Positions 9,726 through 23,951 are shown, counted from the first letter of the stretch. The stretch is 64,000 nucleotides of DNA from an uncultured delta proteobacterium (GCA_963806225.1 CAWDXG010000004.1:32001-96000), one strand, 5' to 3'. The notes: generated by a model from the sequence alone, not told the origin. A program made the numbers and translations.

Positions 9726-12700
9726 CTATCGCCCGCCGGCGTCCGGATCCGTCGCGCCCGCGTCCCGGCCCGGCGTCCAGGGCTTGGGCGCGGGGGGCGG
9801 AAGCTCGTCGGCGAGCGGAACCAGAGCCAGCGCCTCCACCTCCACCTGGTGGTCGGCGAACACCACCAGCCGCATGGCGCGCCCCGGCCGGGCGCCCATC
9901 GAGGCCGGCAGCACGCCCGCGACCTCGACCGGCTTGTCGCTCGCAGGCAGCTTCAGGGAGAGGCTGTGACTGGAGTCGATTCTCGGGAGATTATGCGACT
10001 TTATCGCCTCGCCCTTCGAGTTGTATCTGACCTGCGAGAGCGGTAGCCCGATGTGCACTTCGCCCTTCTGCCGACCGTCGGTGTGGGCCCGGACCAGCGC
10101 CCGGACTCCCTTTCCGTTGCCGCCCGGCGGGACCACAACCATCAGCGCGACGCCCAGCTCGCTCTGGCGACGCAGCTTGTCCAGGGCATGCTTCGACGGG
10201 CCGCCGATGTTCTCGAGGATGCCGGCCTGGGTGGCGAAGCCCAGGCCGCCAGCGAGTGGATCCGGCACGCCGAGCCAATGCACCAGCGGTCGGGCGATCT
10301 CGGCGCCCGACCCGAGCTGGACGAGTGCCCGCGTGATCGCGACCCGGGCGCTCTGGTAGCGCTCGTGCTCGAGGGCCTTGGAAAGGGGGCCGCGCGCCGA
10401 GTCGTCTCCGATCTTCGCCAGCGCTGCCGCGATGTACGGCCTCAGCCTCACGTCGCCCAGCGACTGCACCAGCGGCCAGACGGCGTCCTTGTCCTTGATG
10501 TCCGCCAGCGCTTCCAGCAGCTGTCGCGAGCGCTCGTAGTCGCGGGCCTTCTTGTCCTTCCACCATGCGACCAGCGTGGCCCCACCCCGTCGGTCGCCCG
10601 ACTCGGCCAGCGCCAGGGCGGCCAGGCGACGCCAGTGCTGGTCGTCGGACTTGGCCAGCTCGTAGGCCAGCGGCGCCCCCTGCCCCAGCCGCGTCAGCGC
10701 CAGCGCGCACCAGCGCTTCACGTCGGGGTCCTCGTCACGACCCAGCGCGAGCCTGAGCGCGGGCGCGGTCTCCGGGCGACGGAGCTCGAAGAGCAACTCG
10801 GCCGCCTTGCGCCGGATCGCCGGATCCGCGTCGTCCAGGAGCGCCGCGATGTCGCGGGCAGCGTCTCCGTCGCCGGCCACGCCCCGCAGAATGGGCGCGG
10901 GCCAGTCCTTGCCTTCGGCGCGCAGTCCGCGCACCTCGTAGCGCCCGTGCGAGGCATTGAGCTGGCGCAGCCGCTTGCGCATCTGCTTGAAGCGCTCGGG
11001 GTGCTCGTGACGCGCGTCGTGCCGCTCCTCGGGGTCGGACGACAGATCGAACAGCCTGCACGCGCCGATCCTGCGCTGGCAGATCAAGCGGTACTTTCCC
11101 TCGGCGAGCAGCGACTGCTGGTCCGTCTCGGCCAGGGCCAGCCCTGCGCCCGGCTTTCGCTTGCCGGCGATCAGCGCTCCCAGGTCGCGTCCACGCACGC
11201 GCGGCGGGCGCGGGATGTCCAGCGCCCCGAGCAGCGTCGGCAGGATGTCGATGGTCTGGACCACCTCGCCGACGCGACGGGGCGTCTTCACGCCCGGCAG
11301 CGACATCACCAGCGGAACGCGGACCTGCTCCTCGTACACACTCGTGCCGTGGTAGTGGCCGCCGTGATCGCCGAACTCCTCGCCGTGATCGGCAGTGACG
11401 ATCACCGCGGTGCCTGGCCTGCGCTGGCGGAAACCGCGGACGAGCTGGCCGACGGTATCGTCCGCGAAGGCGATCTCCGAGTCGTAGCGGTCGATGTCGC
11501 GGTCGCCGAAATCGTGCCCCTTGTGCGCCTCGTACGGTTCGTGCGGCGCGAACAGGTGCACCCAAACGAACAGGTGCTGGTCGCCTTTCTCGCCGTCGAG
11601 GTAGTGCATCACCTGCGACACGCGACCCGCGCCCTCCTTGAACTCGACCTTGGCGTACTCGAACCCGAGGTGCGTCTTCTTGAAGGTGGTGAAGCGATCC
11701 GGATCGATGAAGAAGACCGCGGGGGGGTAGAACGCCGCAGTGCGATAGCCATAGGTTCTGAGCAGCGACGCCCAGGTGTCCGAGTCCTCCCCCGCGCCCT
11801 GGAGCAACAGCGGTCGCATGTACTTGCCGGTCATCATCGAGGTGACCGAGTACGACGTGTGCGGGGTCGGACAGTAGGCGTGCGTGAAGATGACGCCCTG
11901 CTTCGCCAGCGCGTCGATGTGGGGTGTCGTGTTGCGCTTGTAGCCGTACGCGCCCACGTGATCGGCGCGCAGGGCGTCGACGCTGATGAACAGGATGTCG
12001 CGCTTGCCGAGGTCGAGCGGGCGGGCCGAGCCGCGCGGCCCAGGGGCGACGCAGCCCGGGTCGAGCATCGGGTCGCAGCCGCTGTCGGCGCTGGCTAGCG
12101 GTGGGGGTGGCGCGAGCTCCGCTGCTAGCCGCACGCCGGGGCCCAGAAGCGGCGCCCGCTCCAGCAGCAGCAGGCGGAAGTTATCGAAGTGGGCCAGCCT
12201 CGCCGCAGCCGGGCGCGCCACAGCCAGCGCGATCAGCGCGACCAGGGCCGGCAGGGCGGGCCCTGCCCAGCGCCGCCAGCCCGTCGCTCGCGTCGGGGTC
12301 CGTGACGGCGCCGGCACGGCGAGCGCCAGCCACGGCGCGGCAAGCAGCGCGAGCGCGGCCAGCCCGTAGTGGAACGCCGGGTACAGCCTCACCAGCACGA
12401 AGCGGTTTCCGAGCTCGAGGATCACGATCAGCACTGCTGCCGCCAGGGCGAGCGCTGTGGGCCGGGTCACGCGCCAGCGCGCGAGCGCGGGGCCCGCCGC
12501 ATACGCGGCCGCTGCGGCGAGCGCGGCAGCGCCCAGCGCAAATCCGCCGCGGGTGGCCGGCGTCGCCAGGTGCCGGCCACCGCCGACGCCCCACGCGACC
12601 GCGGCGGCGCCCAGTGCGGCCATTGCCGCCAGGAGCCGCCGGACCCAGGGCTCGTCCGCGCGCCCTGCCAGCCACAGCACGAGCCCCCCTGCCCCGCCGA

Positions 12701-12864
12701 GCACGGCGCCGGCCAGCAGCGCGACCGGCGAAAGCCACAGCGTGCGCGAACTGTAGCTCCCACACGCTGGCAATGCGCGCGTGGGAGAACGCCGCGACGA
12801 CGATCAGCTCCAGGGCTATCACTGCCCAGGCGGCGAGCACGGAGCGAGCCAGATGCCGGGTCAT
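9726..12864 (-). CDS. membrane-anchored sulfatase/alkaline-phosphatase-superfamily protein with HEAT repeats; frameshift near N-terminus
   Basis: N-terminal TM helices, ILFISVDALRADH, TPHIDALA, HLFAPHEPY, TADHGEEFGDHG, VRVPL, then HEAT-like repeats (LDDADPAIRRKAAELL; LGRDEDPDVKRWCALAL). Confidence 0.85.
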
Positions 12865-15006
12865 CAGCCCGCCTCCCCGCGCGCTTCCGGTCGCTCCGGC
12901 AACCGCTCGACGAACAGACGCAAGAGCGCGTGCTCGGGGCGCGCCAGCTCCGGATCCTCACGGCGGAGCCGCTCGACGTCGGACGGGATACGGGTCGAGC
13001 CACGGCGCATCGGCGAACGCGTCCAGGTAGACGAGGCCGCTCTCGCCGGATTGGCGCGTGCCGCCCAGCATCGCCCGGTCCGCGCAGCTCCAGGTCGGCG
13101 CGCGCGATGTCCGCCCCCCGCGAGAGCCGGGTCAGCGCCTCCAGCCGCGAGCGCGCCGGCTCGACCAGCGGCTCGTCGTGCACCAACAGACAGCTTCCGC
13201 CGCGGTGCGAGCGCCCCACCCTGCCTCGCAGCTGGTGTAGCTGCGAGAGACCGAAGCTCTCCGCGCCGTCGATCACCATCAGCGTGGCCTCGGGCACGTC
13301 CAGGCCGACCTCGATCACCGTCGTACCGACCAGCACCGGCGTGTCGCCGCGGCGGAAGCCCCGGAGCGCGGCGGCGAGCGCGCGCGGCTCCAACCGCCCA
13401 TGGGCGAGCACGACGCGCTTCCTGCCGAGGGCCGCACAGAGCTCCTCGAAGCGGTCCACGACGGCGGGGCCGGCGTCCTCGTCGTCCGCGTCGTCTCCGA
13501 TGCGCGGGCAGACCACGAACACGTGTCCGCCGCGCGTCGAGCGCCGCGAGGATGGCCGGAAGTACCGCGGCGTCCCAATCGTGCCGCGCCACCGCGCGCG
13601 TCGTGACCGGCTTGCGACCGGGCGGCAGCTCGTCCAGCTCGCTCGTCGACAGCTCGCCGCGCAGCGCGAGCGCGAGCGTGCGCGGGATGGGCGTCGCGCT
13701 CAACGTGAGCAGATGCGGCGCCACACCGCCGGTCCGCCGTCGGCTGAGCGCCAGCCGCTGGGCCACGCCCAGCCGCTGCTGCTCGTCGACGATCACCAGC
13801 GCCAGTCGCTGGAAGTCCAGCTCTCTCGACAGCAGCACGTGTGTGCCGATCAGCACGTCGACCTCGCCAGAGGCCGTGTCGCGCTCGATGGCGGCCCGCT
13901 CCTCGGGCGGTGTCGCGCCGGTCAGGAGCTCGATCCTCGCGCCCGTCGCCTGTGCCAGCGGCTGTGCGGCGGTCCGGTACTGTTCCGCCAGCGGCGTGGT
14001 CGGCGCGAGGATGGCCACCTGTGCCCCGGCGGTAACGGCCTGCAGAGCCGCCGCGAGGGCGACGGCGGTCTTGCCCGACCCGACATCCCCGGAGAGCAGG
14101 CCGACGCGTCGGCTCCGACCGGGCCAGATCCGCGGATGTCTCGTCGATGGTGCGCGCCTGCGCGGCGGTCCACTGGAAGCCCAACGCCTGCGCCAGCCGC
14201 GCGAGGCCTGCCGCATCGGGCGGCAGCGGCAGGGCGTCGGAGCGGTACTCCTGCTCGCGCCGCGCGCGCGACCCAACCCGAAGCAAAGCTCTCCGCCCAC
14301 GCCAGCCGCTCCCTGAGCGGGTGGAGCGCCGTTTCATCCGGTTGTTGTCCGGGCCTGTGGACGCCCAGGAAGCCGTCCTCCGCGGAGGCGAGCTGCTCCC
14401 GCTCGCGCACCGCCGGCGGCACTGGATCCGGGACGCCTCCGACGCGCTCTAGCGCGGCGCCGATCAGCGTCCTGAGCCGCTCCGCTCCCAGCCCAGGCAG
14501 CTTGGGATAGCGCGGGCGGACTCGCGGCTTGCCCGTCGTCGCGCAGGAGCTCGGGATGCGCCATGACCGCGCCGCTCCCGCGGCGCGGCCGGAGCCAGCC
14601 GGCCGATCACGAAGAGCGGCTCGCCGGGTCGCGCCACGGCGAGGATGCCGTGGGCCGCGAAGAACCACCACGCGGTCAGCTCGGCTTTGCCGTCCGGCGC
14701 ATCGGACAGCGAGACCCTCACGGCGCGCCGCCCGCGCACCGGAGCGAAGCCTGCCGAGCGCACGAACGCGCGCACACACACCCGGGGACGCGCGGCTGCC
14801 AATTCCAGCGCAGCGGCCACGCGGAGCGGCGAGCGGAGGTCATCGTAGCCGGTCGGCAGCAGCCAGAGCAGATCGGCAAGCGTCGCAAGGCCGTGCTGGC
14901 GCAGCTTCCGCCCGGCGGCGGGTCCGACGCCGGACAGGCTCTCGACCGTCGCGAAGGCCGGAAGCCCCGCAGGGCCGGCGGCAGCAGAGACGGGGTGTGG
15001 GGGCAT
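12864..15006 (-). CDS. recG: ATP-dependent DNA helicase RecG; several frameshifts
   Basis: LSGVGP..., DLLWLLPTGYDD, GDVGSGKT, DEQQRLG, SATPIPRTL, GTTVIEVGLDVP, GLSQLHQLRGRVGR, DLELRGPGD. Confidence 0.93.
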
Positions 15007-15051
15007 GCCGGTTCCGGAAAGGTCGCGTCGCGCTCCCGGTGCGGCGCTGGG

Positions 15052-15527
15052 TCAGTGGAACTCGACGCTTCCGATTCTCGTAGCGCCGTGTTCCACCCGG
15101 AAGGCGCACAGTGACCTCGTCGCCCGGCTCCTTGCCGATCAGCGCGCGCGCCAGCGGCGCCGAGACGGAGATCGTCCCGTGGTCGATGTCGGCCTCGTCG
15201 GCGCCGACGATGCGGTAGGTGACCTCGTCGTCGGTGTCGAGGTTGGTCAGAAGGACCGTGGCGCCGAAGCGGACGCGCGAGCCGTCGAGCTTGGACGGAT
15301 CGATAACCTCGGCGCGCGCGAGCTTGTCCTCGATGTCCTTGATGCGCGCCTCCACCATGCCCCTGGCTTCTCCTTGGCAGCGTGGTACTCGGCGTTTTCG
15401 CTGAGGTCTCCGTGCTCCCGGGCAACGCCGATCTCGCGGGAGATCTTCGGGCGCTGTTCCTTCAGGCGGAAAGCTCCTGCTTGAGCCGCTCCGCCCCTTG
15501 CGGTGTCATGGGAACCATTTCCGGCAT
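15052..15527 (-). CDS. greA: transcription elongation factor GreA; frameshifted
   Basis: [16 protein letters not shown]...[18 protein letters not shown]...RVRFGATV...[10 protein letters not shown]...[14 protein letters not shown]. Confidence 0.95.
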
Positions 15528-15645
15528 CAGCCCCTTCTACCGCAGCTCGGTAGCACGATCAAGGGTTGCCGCTCCCGATCCCGGACGACAGGCCGGGGCC
15601 CGGCGCTTGCTTCCGTGGCGCCAACCCGCTACTCCCCGGCCAGCG

Positions 15646-16486
15646 ATGCGCTGGCTCTCCGGCTCGATTCTGGCCGCTGTTGTGGCCCTGTCCCAGGCCG
15701 GCTGTGGGCCCACGGTCCAGGCCCGGAACCCTCTGCACTACACGGAGGACGCCAAGCGGGCCTACGACCTGGCGCTGGACGCCTTCTTCGACCACGACTG
15801 GGAGGGGGCGACCACGCTGATGCAAGACGTGAAGCGCAAGTACGGCTACAGCCGCTACGCGCGCCTCGCCGACCTGCGCCTGGCCGATATTTCCTACCAC
15901 CAGCAGAAGTACGCCGAGGCCATCACCGCCTACAAGGGCTTCATCCACGACTACCCGAACGATCCCGAGGTGCCCTACGCGCGCTACCGCGTCGCCCGAT
16001 CGCTCTTCCACGAGACCAGCGCGTCGTTCCTGCTGCCGCCGCTCGAGGAGCGGGATCTGGCCAGCGTGCGGGACGCCTACACGTCCATCCAGGGTTTCCT
16101 GGCGGACTACCCGGAGTACAAGAAGGCAGCCGAGCTCCGCTACATGCTTGCCGTCGTGACCGGGCTGCTGGTCCGGCACGAGCTGTACGTGGCGCGTTTC
16201 TACCTGGACCAGCGACAATTTCAAGGCGGCAGTCGCGCGCATCCAGTACGCGCTCCGGAACTACGACAATTCCGGCCTGGAGCCCGAAGCCATGGCGCTT
16301 CTGGGCGAGACGTACATGAAGATGGAGAAGCGCGACAAGGCGCGGGCGGTCTTCCGGCAGCTTCTGGCGCAGTATCCGGCTAGCGCTTTCTCGGTTCCCG
16401 CGCGGAATTTCCTCCAGCTGCTCGCCGGCCATCCGCCGACTGCCGGCGAGCGCGGTACTACACCCGTGGACTCCCGCGCAGAGTAG
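15646..16486 (+). CDS. bamD: outer membrane protein assembly factor BamD; one frameshift
   Basis: Lipobox QAGC, TPR motifs (YAEAITAYKGFIHDYPNDPEVPYARY) and the BamD-like HELYVARFY...KAAVARI segment. Confidence 0.88.
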
Positions 16487-16504
16487 GGGCACTCTCTGTC
16501 GAGC

Positions 16505-17977
<1,473 letters not shown>

Positions 17978-18029
17978 TCGAGCCTGCGCGGCGGCGCTGG
18001 TCGGTCCGGGTAGCCCGGACCCGCTCCAG

Positions 18030-18757
18030 GTGGCGGGCGCCTCGCCCGCGGTGCTGGCGCTGCACGGATTCGGCGGAACACCGCTCGAGATCTCGCTGGT
18101 CGTCGACGTGGCGCGGGAGCTCGGCCTGCGCGCGCACGCCCCGCTGCTCCCCGGGCACGGAACGCGCGTGGACGAGCTCGCACGAAGCGGCTGGGACGAC
18201 TGGCTGGGCGAGGCAGAGGCAGCCCTGGACCAGCTTGCCTCCGACGGGCCGGTGATCGTCGCGGGTCTGAGCATGGGCTCGCTGCTCGCCGCTCACCTGG
18301 CTGCGACCCGGCCGGACGACGTGCTCGGCCTCGCTCTGTTGGCGAACGCGGCGTGGCTCGGCTGGCCCTTCCCCACCCTGGCGCTCGACCTCATCAGGAA
18401 GCTGCGGCTGCCGGACTTCTCCATGCCGAAGCCGGGTGCCGACATTGCCGACCCGGAGGCGCGCCGCACCCACCTCACCTACGACGCGCAGCCGGTGCAC
18501 GCCGCTGTCAGGGTGCTGGAGGCGGGCCGGCGCGTGCGTGCCGAGCTCGAACGTGTGCGCTGCCCGACGCTGATCCTGCACGGAGCGCGTGATCGCCTGT
18601 GTCCGCCGTCCAACGCGCGGCGCGTCGCCACCAGGCTCGGCACGCCCGATCCCTCGTCGTCATGCTGCCGCGCTCGCGGCATATCGTGACGCGGGACTAC
18701 GACAGGGAGCAAGCGGCGCGGGAGCTCCGGACGTTCTTCGAGCGGGTGCGCGAATAG
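18030..18757 (+). CDS. alpha/beta hydrolase (carboxylesterase/monoacylglycerol lipase-like)
   Basis: LHGFGG, LPGHG, GLSMG nucleophile elbow, LILHGARD. Frameshift near the C-terminus, stop TAG at 18755. Confidence 0.88.
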
Positions 18758-18782
18758 AGCGCGCCGGAGCGCCGCTCGCCGC

Positions 18783-19316
18783 TCAGAATTTTCCGAAGTA
18801 GTCGCTGATGTCGAAGAAGAACTGGCGGCTCTTCGGGCCTGCGACGATGTCGAGGCGGTCGTACTGGTGGCCGCTCTTCTCGAGCAGCGCCTGGCTCCGC
18901 AGGTGCCAATCGACGCCGCGCTTGCCGAGCAACGCCGTCACATACCAGTACTCGGCGGCCACGCCGTCCGTTTCCCCGTGCGCGCCGTGGATCGCGACGG
19001 CCTGCGCCACGCTCGAAGCGTCGCCACCCGAGAAGCGGATTGGCGTGTCCGGAATCCGGGTCGGCAGAGCGGGGCCCGGATCGCCGACCGCGAGCGGCGC
19101 GGGCGCGGAAGCGGGCGGAGGCGTTCCGGCGGCTTCTGGTGCAGGCTCTGGCGGTGGCTCCACCTCGACTGCGGTCGCGCGATCGGGGCTCCGCGCCCGC
19201 CTCACATCGCTAGTGCGATCGGGGCTCTGCGCGGTGGGCGGCGGCGCGCTTGCGCAACCGGCGAGGATCAGCGCCGCCACTGCGCCGACCAGGCTTCTTC
19301 CGCACACACACCCCAT
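18783..19316 (-). CDS. hypothetical lipoprotein with Pro-rich linker and small C-terminal domain
   Basis: Lipobox LAGC. C-terminal GGDASS...GVAAEYWY...QALL...YDRLDI...[12 protein letters not shown]. Confidence 0.75.
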   Translation of the reverse strand: MGCVCGRSLVGAVAALILAGCASAPPPTAQSPDRTSDVRRARSPDRATAVEVEPPPEPAPEAAGTPPPASAPAPLAVGDPGPALPTRIPDTPIRFSGGDASSVAQAVAIHGAHGETDGVAAEYWYVTALLGKRGVDWHLRSQALLEKSGHQYDRLDIVAGPKSRQFFFDISDYFGKF

Positions 19317-19432
19317 CGCCAGCTCCTTGTCGCTTGTTACGGCGGAAGACGCGCGCGCCTTCCCGGGAGGGTCCTCCAACAGCCCGTAGGACCCGCGTCC
19401 GGTGTGTCGGCTTGGCTCGGAGCGCCGTCGAG

Positions 19433-19882
19433 CTACGTGCCCGTGGACCCGTAGCCGCCCGCGCCGCGTCCGGTGTCGTCGAGCTCGTCGACCAGCTCGA
19501 GCTCGACGTGGGCGACGGGTGCGATGACGAGCTGGGCGATGCGGGACAGAGGGCTCCACGACGAACGGCTCCGTGCCGTGGTTGATGAGCACGATGCCGA
19601 CCTCGCCGCGGAAGTCGCTGTCGATGGTGCCGGGCGAATTGACGACGGAAATGCCCTGCGCGGAGCGCGAGCCCGGAGCGCGGCCGCACCTGCCCTTCGT
19701 AGCCGTGGGGGATGGCCAGCGCGAGGCCCGTCGGGATCAGAGCGCCGCTCTCCGGGCTCGAGCGCGACCGGCTCGGCCAGCGCGGCGCACAGATCGAGCC
19801 CGGCAGCGTGCTCGCTCTGGTAGGCCGGGCAGCGGCACCTCGACCGGCCCGACGCGCTTCACGCGGAGCGCGCGGTGCTCAT
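19433..19882 (-). CDS. dut: dUTP diphosphatase; several frameshifts
   Basis: Trimeric dUTPase motifs: [36 protein letters not shown]. Confidence 0.93.
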
Positions 19883-21050
19883 AGCTCCGAGAACCTCCCG
19901 CTCTTGAGCGAGGCGTCGAGCAGCTGCGCGACGCGCTGCTCGAGCGTCGCGGGCCTTCGGATCGGGCAGCTGCGCGAGGGCCGTCTTGATCTCGCCCAGC
20001 GCCTTGAGCTGGCTGAAGAGCTGGATGTCGCTCGGCGGCGCGGCGCCGGTGAGCACCTGGCGGATGCGGTCGATCTCGCCCGACAGCGCCTCGACGCCCG
20101 ACGCCGAGCGCGCCCACGCGGCGCCGATCGGGGTGCTCGCGGTAGTAGGCCTCGAGCACGGGCTGGACGATGCCTTCGAGGATCGGCGCCTGGTCCTCGG
20201 TGTTCCAGATGTGCTTGAGCACGAACAGGTCGCTCGCCTCGGCCTGGACGCGCCCGTCGAGATAGGCGCTGGCGGCGAACAGCTTGAGCATCTTGACCAC
20301 GCGGCGGTCGCTGATGCTGATGCCCTCCGCGCGGATCTGGAACACGAGGCCCTTGTAGGTGCGACAGGAAATCGTCGGAGAACTCGAGCCGCTGCGCCAG
20401 CTCCTCCGTCATCCCGTGCAGCTCCTCGGCCGTGACCAGCGGCGTGGGCTTCTGCCGCCGGAGCTTCTTCACCTCGTGCGCGATGCCGAGCTGGATGCAG
20501 CTCGTTGAAGTGGTAGGCATCGAGGTTGTCGGAGCGGATGCGCAGCAGGAAGCGGTCGAACAGCGCCGACAGCGACTCGTCCGACGGGCACCTCGTTGCT
20601 GGCGCCGAACACGCTGATCAGCGGACATTCGATGCACCTGCCCGCCGGACGTGAAGCGCCGCTCGTTCAACAGGCTCAGGAGCGCGTTCAGGATGGCGCT
20701 GTTGCTCTTGAACACCTCGTCGAGGAACACGACCTCGGCTTCGGGCAGCATGCCGGCGGTGCGCCGCCGGTAGGTGCCTTCGCGGAAGGCGGCGATGTCG
20801 ACCGGGCCGAAGATCTCGTTCGGCTCGGTGAAGCGCGTGAGCAGGTACTCGAAGTAGCGCGCGTCGATGAGCTGCGGCGAGCGTGCGGAGCAGAGCGCTC
20901 TTGGCCGTGCCGGGCGGGCCGACCAGGACGGCGTGCTCGCGCGCCACGATGGCGATCAGGAGCAGCCGGATGACTTCGCTCTTGCCGAGGAACTGGCTGT
21001 CGAGGGCCTCGGAGACCTGGTCGCAGCCGCGACGAGAGCGCGCCCGTCAT
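19879..21050 (-). CDS. MoxR-family AAA+ ATPase, RavA-like; frameshifted
   Basis: [65 protein letters not shown]. Confidence 0.88.
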
Positions 21051-23699
21051 GATTCGGCGGCAGTCGGCCGGTGGCGTGCGAAGATCTCGTCCGCCATCTG
21101 GCTGAGCTTGCGCGCTTCACGCTGGATGTCGGCGTTGTCCACGTAGTGCTCGGAGCCCGCTACGTAGGTCGCGAAGGCGCGGTAGCTCCTGGCGACCTCG
21201 AGCTCGTTGCCGATCTCCTTGCAGATCGCGATCGAACGCATGAAGTAGTCGACGGCCTTGCCCTCGTGCCCCTCGCCCCAGGCACCCGCGGCGGTGATCT
21301 CGCCGAGCGTCCGGAGCGCGATCGCCAGGTGGGCGCGGCTTCTGCACCTGGCCGAAAAGGTCGACAGCGCGCTTGATGCTCTCGCGCGCCTTCTTCAGCT
21401 CGCCCTGCATCAGGTACGCCTTGGCGAGGCCGCGCTTCGCCTCCGCCAGGTGCAGCCGGTCGCCGAGCTCGTCGCACAGCTCCTCGGCTTCGCTTCAGGA
21501 TGCGGATGGCCTGCGGCGCTGTCGCCCAGCCGGTAGTGGGTCTCGCCGATGTTCGTGAGCACGACGGCGATGCGGTTGCGCTCGCCGATCTCCCTGGCCA
21601 CGTCGTAGGCCTCGCGGAACAGCTCCAGCGCTTTCTGCCCGTTCTCCTGGTCCTGCGCCAGCTGCCCGAGGTTGTTCAGGCTCTGCACGATGCCCAGCGG
21701 GTCGCCGATCTCGCGGCGGATCGTCAGCGCGGCTTCGAGCGCCTCGCCGGCTTTGCGGCGCGCCCGTGATCCATCCACACCAGCCCGATGTTGTTCAGGC
21801 TGAGTGCGATGGAGCGGCGGTCGCCGAGCTTCTTGCGCATCTCGAGCGAGACGCTTCATCTCCTCCAGCGCCTTGTCGTACTCGCCCTTGAGCCACAGCA
21901 GCTTGCCGATGTCGTCGTGGCTGGCGGCGACGCCGCGCTCGTCGTGGACCGCTTCGAACAGGTCCTGCGCCGATCTCCAGGTGCCGCTGCGCATCCGACA
22001 GCGATCCGGTATCGCGGTAGAGCGCGGCCGATGCGGTTGTGCGCGGCGCCGCCCTTGCCCTTGAGCGCGAGGCGATAGGCGATGCCCAGCATCTCGCGGA
22101 AGGCGGCCAGCGCCTCGTCCGTGCGGCCGAGCAACAGCAGCACGTCGCCGTGGTTGTGCAGCGCGTCGATCCGACGCCGCGCGTCGGCGTCGCCCAGCAG
22201 GCCAGAGCCCGCGCGCGTAGTACTCGTCGGCTTTCTTGGCGGCGTAGCTCTGCCGCGCGATGTCGCCCGCGTCCAGGTAGGTCAGCCCCGCCCGAGCCTG
22301 GGCGCCGGCCTTCTCCAGGTGCTGGGCCAGCATCGCCGCGTACTCTTCCTGCGAGCGGACGACGTCCTGCTGCGTCAGCCAGTCGGCGATGGTCTGGTGG
22401 TAGCGGCGGGCCGCGGCACGCGCTGGTGAGCGTCGCGATCTTCTCGCGCTCGAGATTGTGCTTGAAGACGTACTCCGTCTCGCCGGGGAACGCCGAGTCA
22501 GGCAGCTGGAGGACGTAGTCTCGCTCGACCAGATCCGCGAGCGCCGCGGCTGATCTCGCTGCACGTCCTGCATGTCGCTCTCGGCCCAGAACTCGGGCGG
22601 CTCGCGATCCATCCGGTCGAGCGCCACCAGTCCGCCCAGCCAGAAGATGCTGCCCATGGCCGCCGCGTGCTCGAGCACCCGGCGGTCGACCGACGAGAGC
22701 GCGGCGATGCGGGCCGCGACCGCATCGTCGACGGTCATCGGCAGCCGGCACGCTCGCCAGCTTGTCGAGATCCACCGTCCACACCGGATCGCCGGCCAGC
22801 GCGCTCTCGCTCGTGCAGCACGCCCGAGTCGTGGAAGATGCGGACCATCTGCTCCAGAAGGCCCGGGTTGCCGCCGGCCATGCCCACGCCGGCTTCGACC
22901 AGCGCCTCGGGAGGGCCGTCGGTGCACGGTGCGAGCAACGCTTCCATCAGTACGACGGACTGATCGTCGTCCAGCGGCCCGATTTCGAGGCGCTCGTGGC
23001 GCCCGTGGCCGAACTCGAACCAATCCTCGTGGCGTGTCAATCAGCTCCGGCCGCGTGGCGCACCAGGAGCAGAATGGGTCCGTTCAGGTTCTCGATCAGG
23101 TAGCGGAGCAGCTCGATCGAATCGTCGTCGGCGAACTGCAGGTCCTCGAAGACCAGGCAGACCGGGCCCTGTGCGGCGTCGCTCTCGATGAAGCTCTTGA
23201 CGATGGCGCGTCTCAGCAGGCCGGGCTTGCAGCGGGTCGTCCGCGACCGCCCGGGTGAGCGGGCTTTCGAGGAACGGCAGGTCCATCAATTGCCCGAGGA
23301 AGTAGCAGACGTCGCCTACCTTGCGGTCATCGAGCACCTTGGCGACCTGTGCGCGGACCTGGGCCTTCGCCGCTTCGGCATCCATGCCTTCCACCAGCCC
23401 AAAGCGCGATCGGAGCAGGCGCGCGAAGATGCCGTAGCCGAGCGTCAGGTTGCGGGCGCTGCCGCGGTAGACTCGCGGCAAGCTGTCCTCCGGCGCTTCG
23501 GAGCTCCGAAAGGAAGTCTTCGGCGATGCGCGATCTTGCCGACGCCGTTACCCCCGACCAGAGTCGCGATGCGCGTCTGCTTGTCGGCCCTGACGCGGTC
23601 GGCCGCGCGCTTGAGGGCCGCCATCACGGCGTCCCTGCCGACGAGCGGCGCCCTCAGATCGCCGATCGCGGACGCTCCACTGCCAACAGTCCCGGACAT
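21047..23699 (-). CDS. STAND-type NTPase (AAA_16-like) with C-terminal TPR repeats; many frameshifts
   Basis: PLVGRD...LVGGNGVGK Walker A, LVFEDLQFADDDS Walker B region, AGGNPGLLEQM, YVFKHNL, then repeated xxSLNNLG/LTNIGE TPRs. Confidence 0.85.
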
Positions 23700-23951
23700 G
23701 GAGGGCGAGTCTCGCCTTGTTCTCCCTCCGCCACAACGACCGGATGCCCTGAACAGCCCGGCGGCCCCAGCATCCGGGACAACGCAGCGCGTCATCTACC
23801 TGGGGGCAGCGGCACCGGACGTTGTCCCCGTTGCGTGCCGGCCCGGCTTGATACAGGCTCGGCCGGCGTAGGGACCGACTGCCGGACGGCGCGGAGGTCC
23901 CGTGACGCTCGGTGAAGTCCCCGAAACCTCTGGTAGATTGACCGTTTAGCC

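Noticed and set aside
10053..14510. Long alternative-frame and antisense ORFs (e.g. 10053..12098, 12369..14510; also 38953..40671, 59867..61750)
   Set aside because: They are typical stop-poor shadows of real genes in high-GC DNA, with no recognisable motifs.
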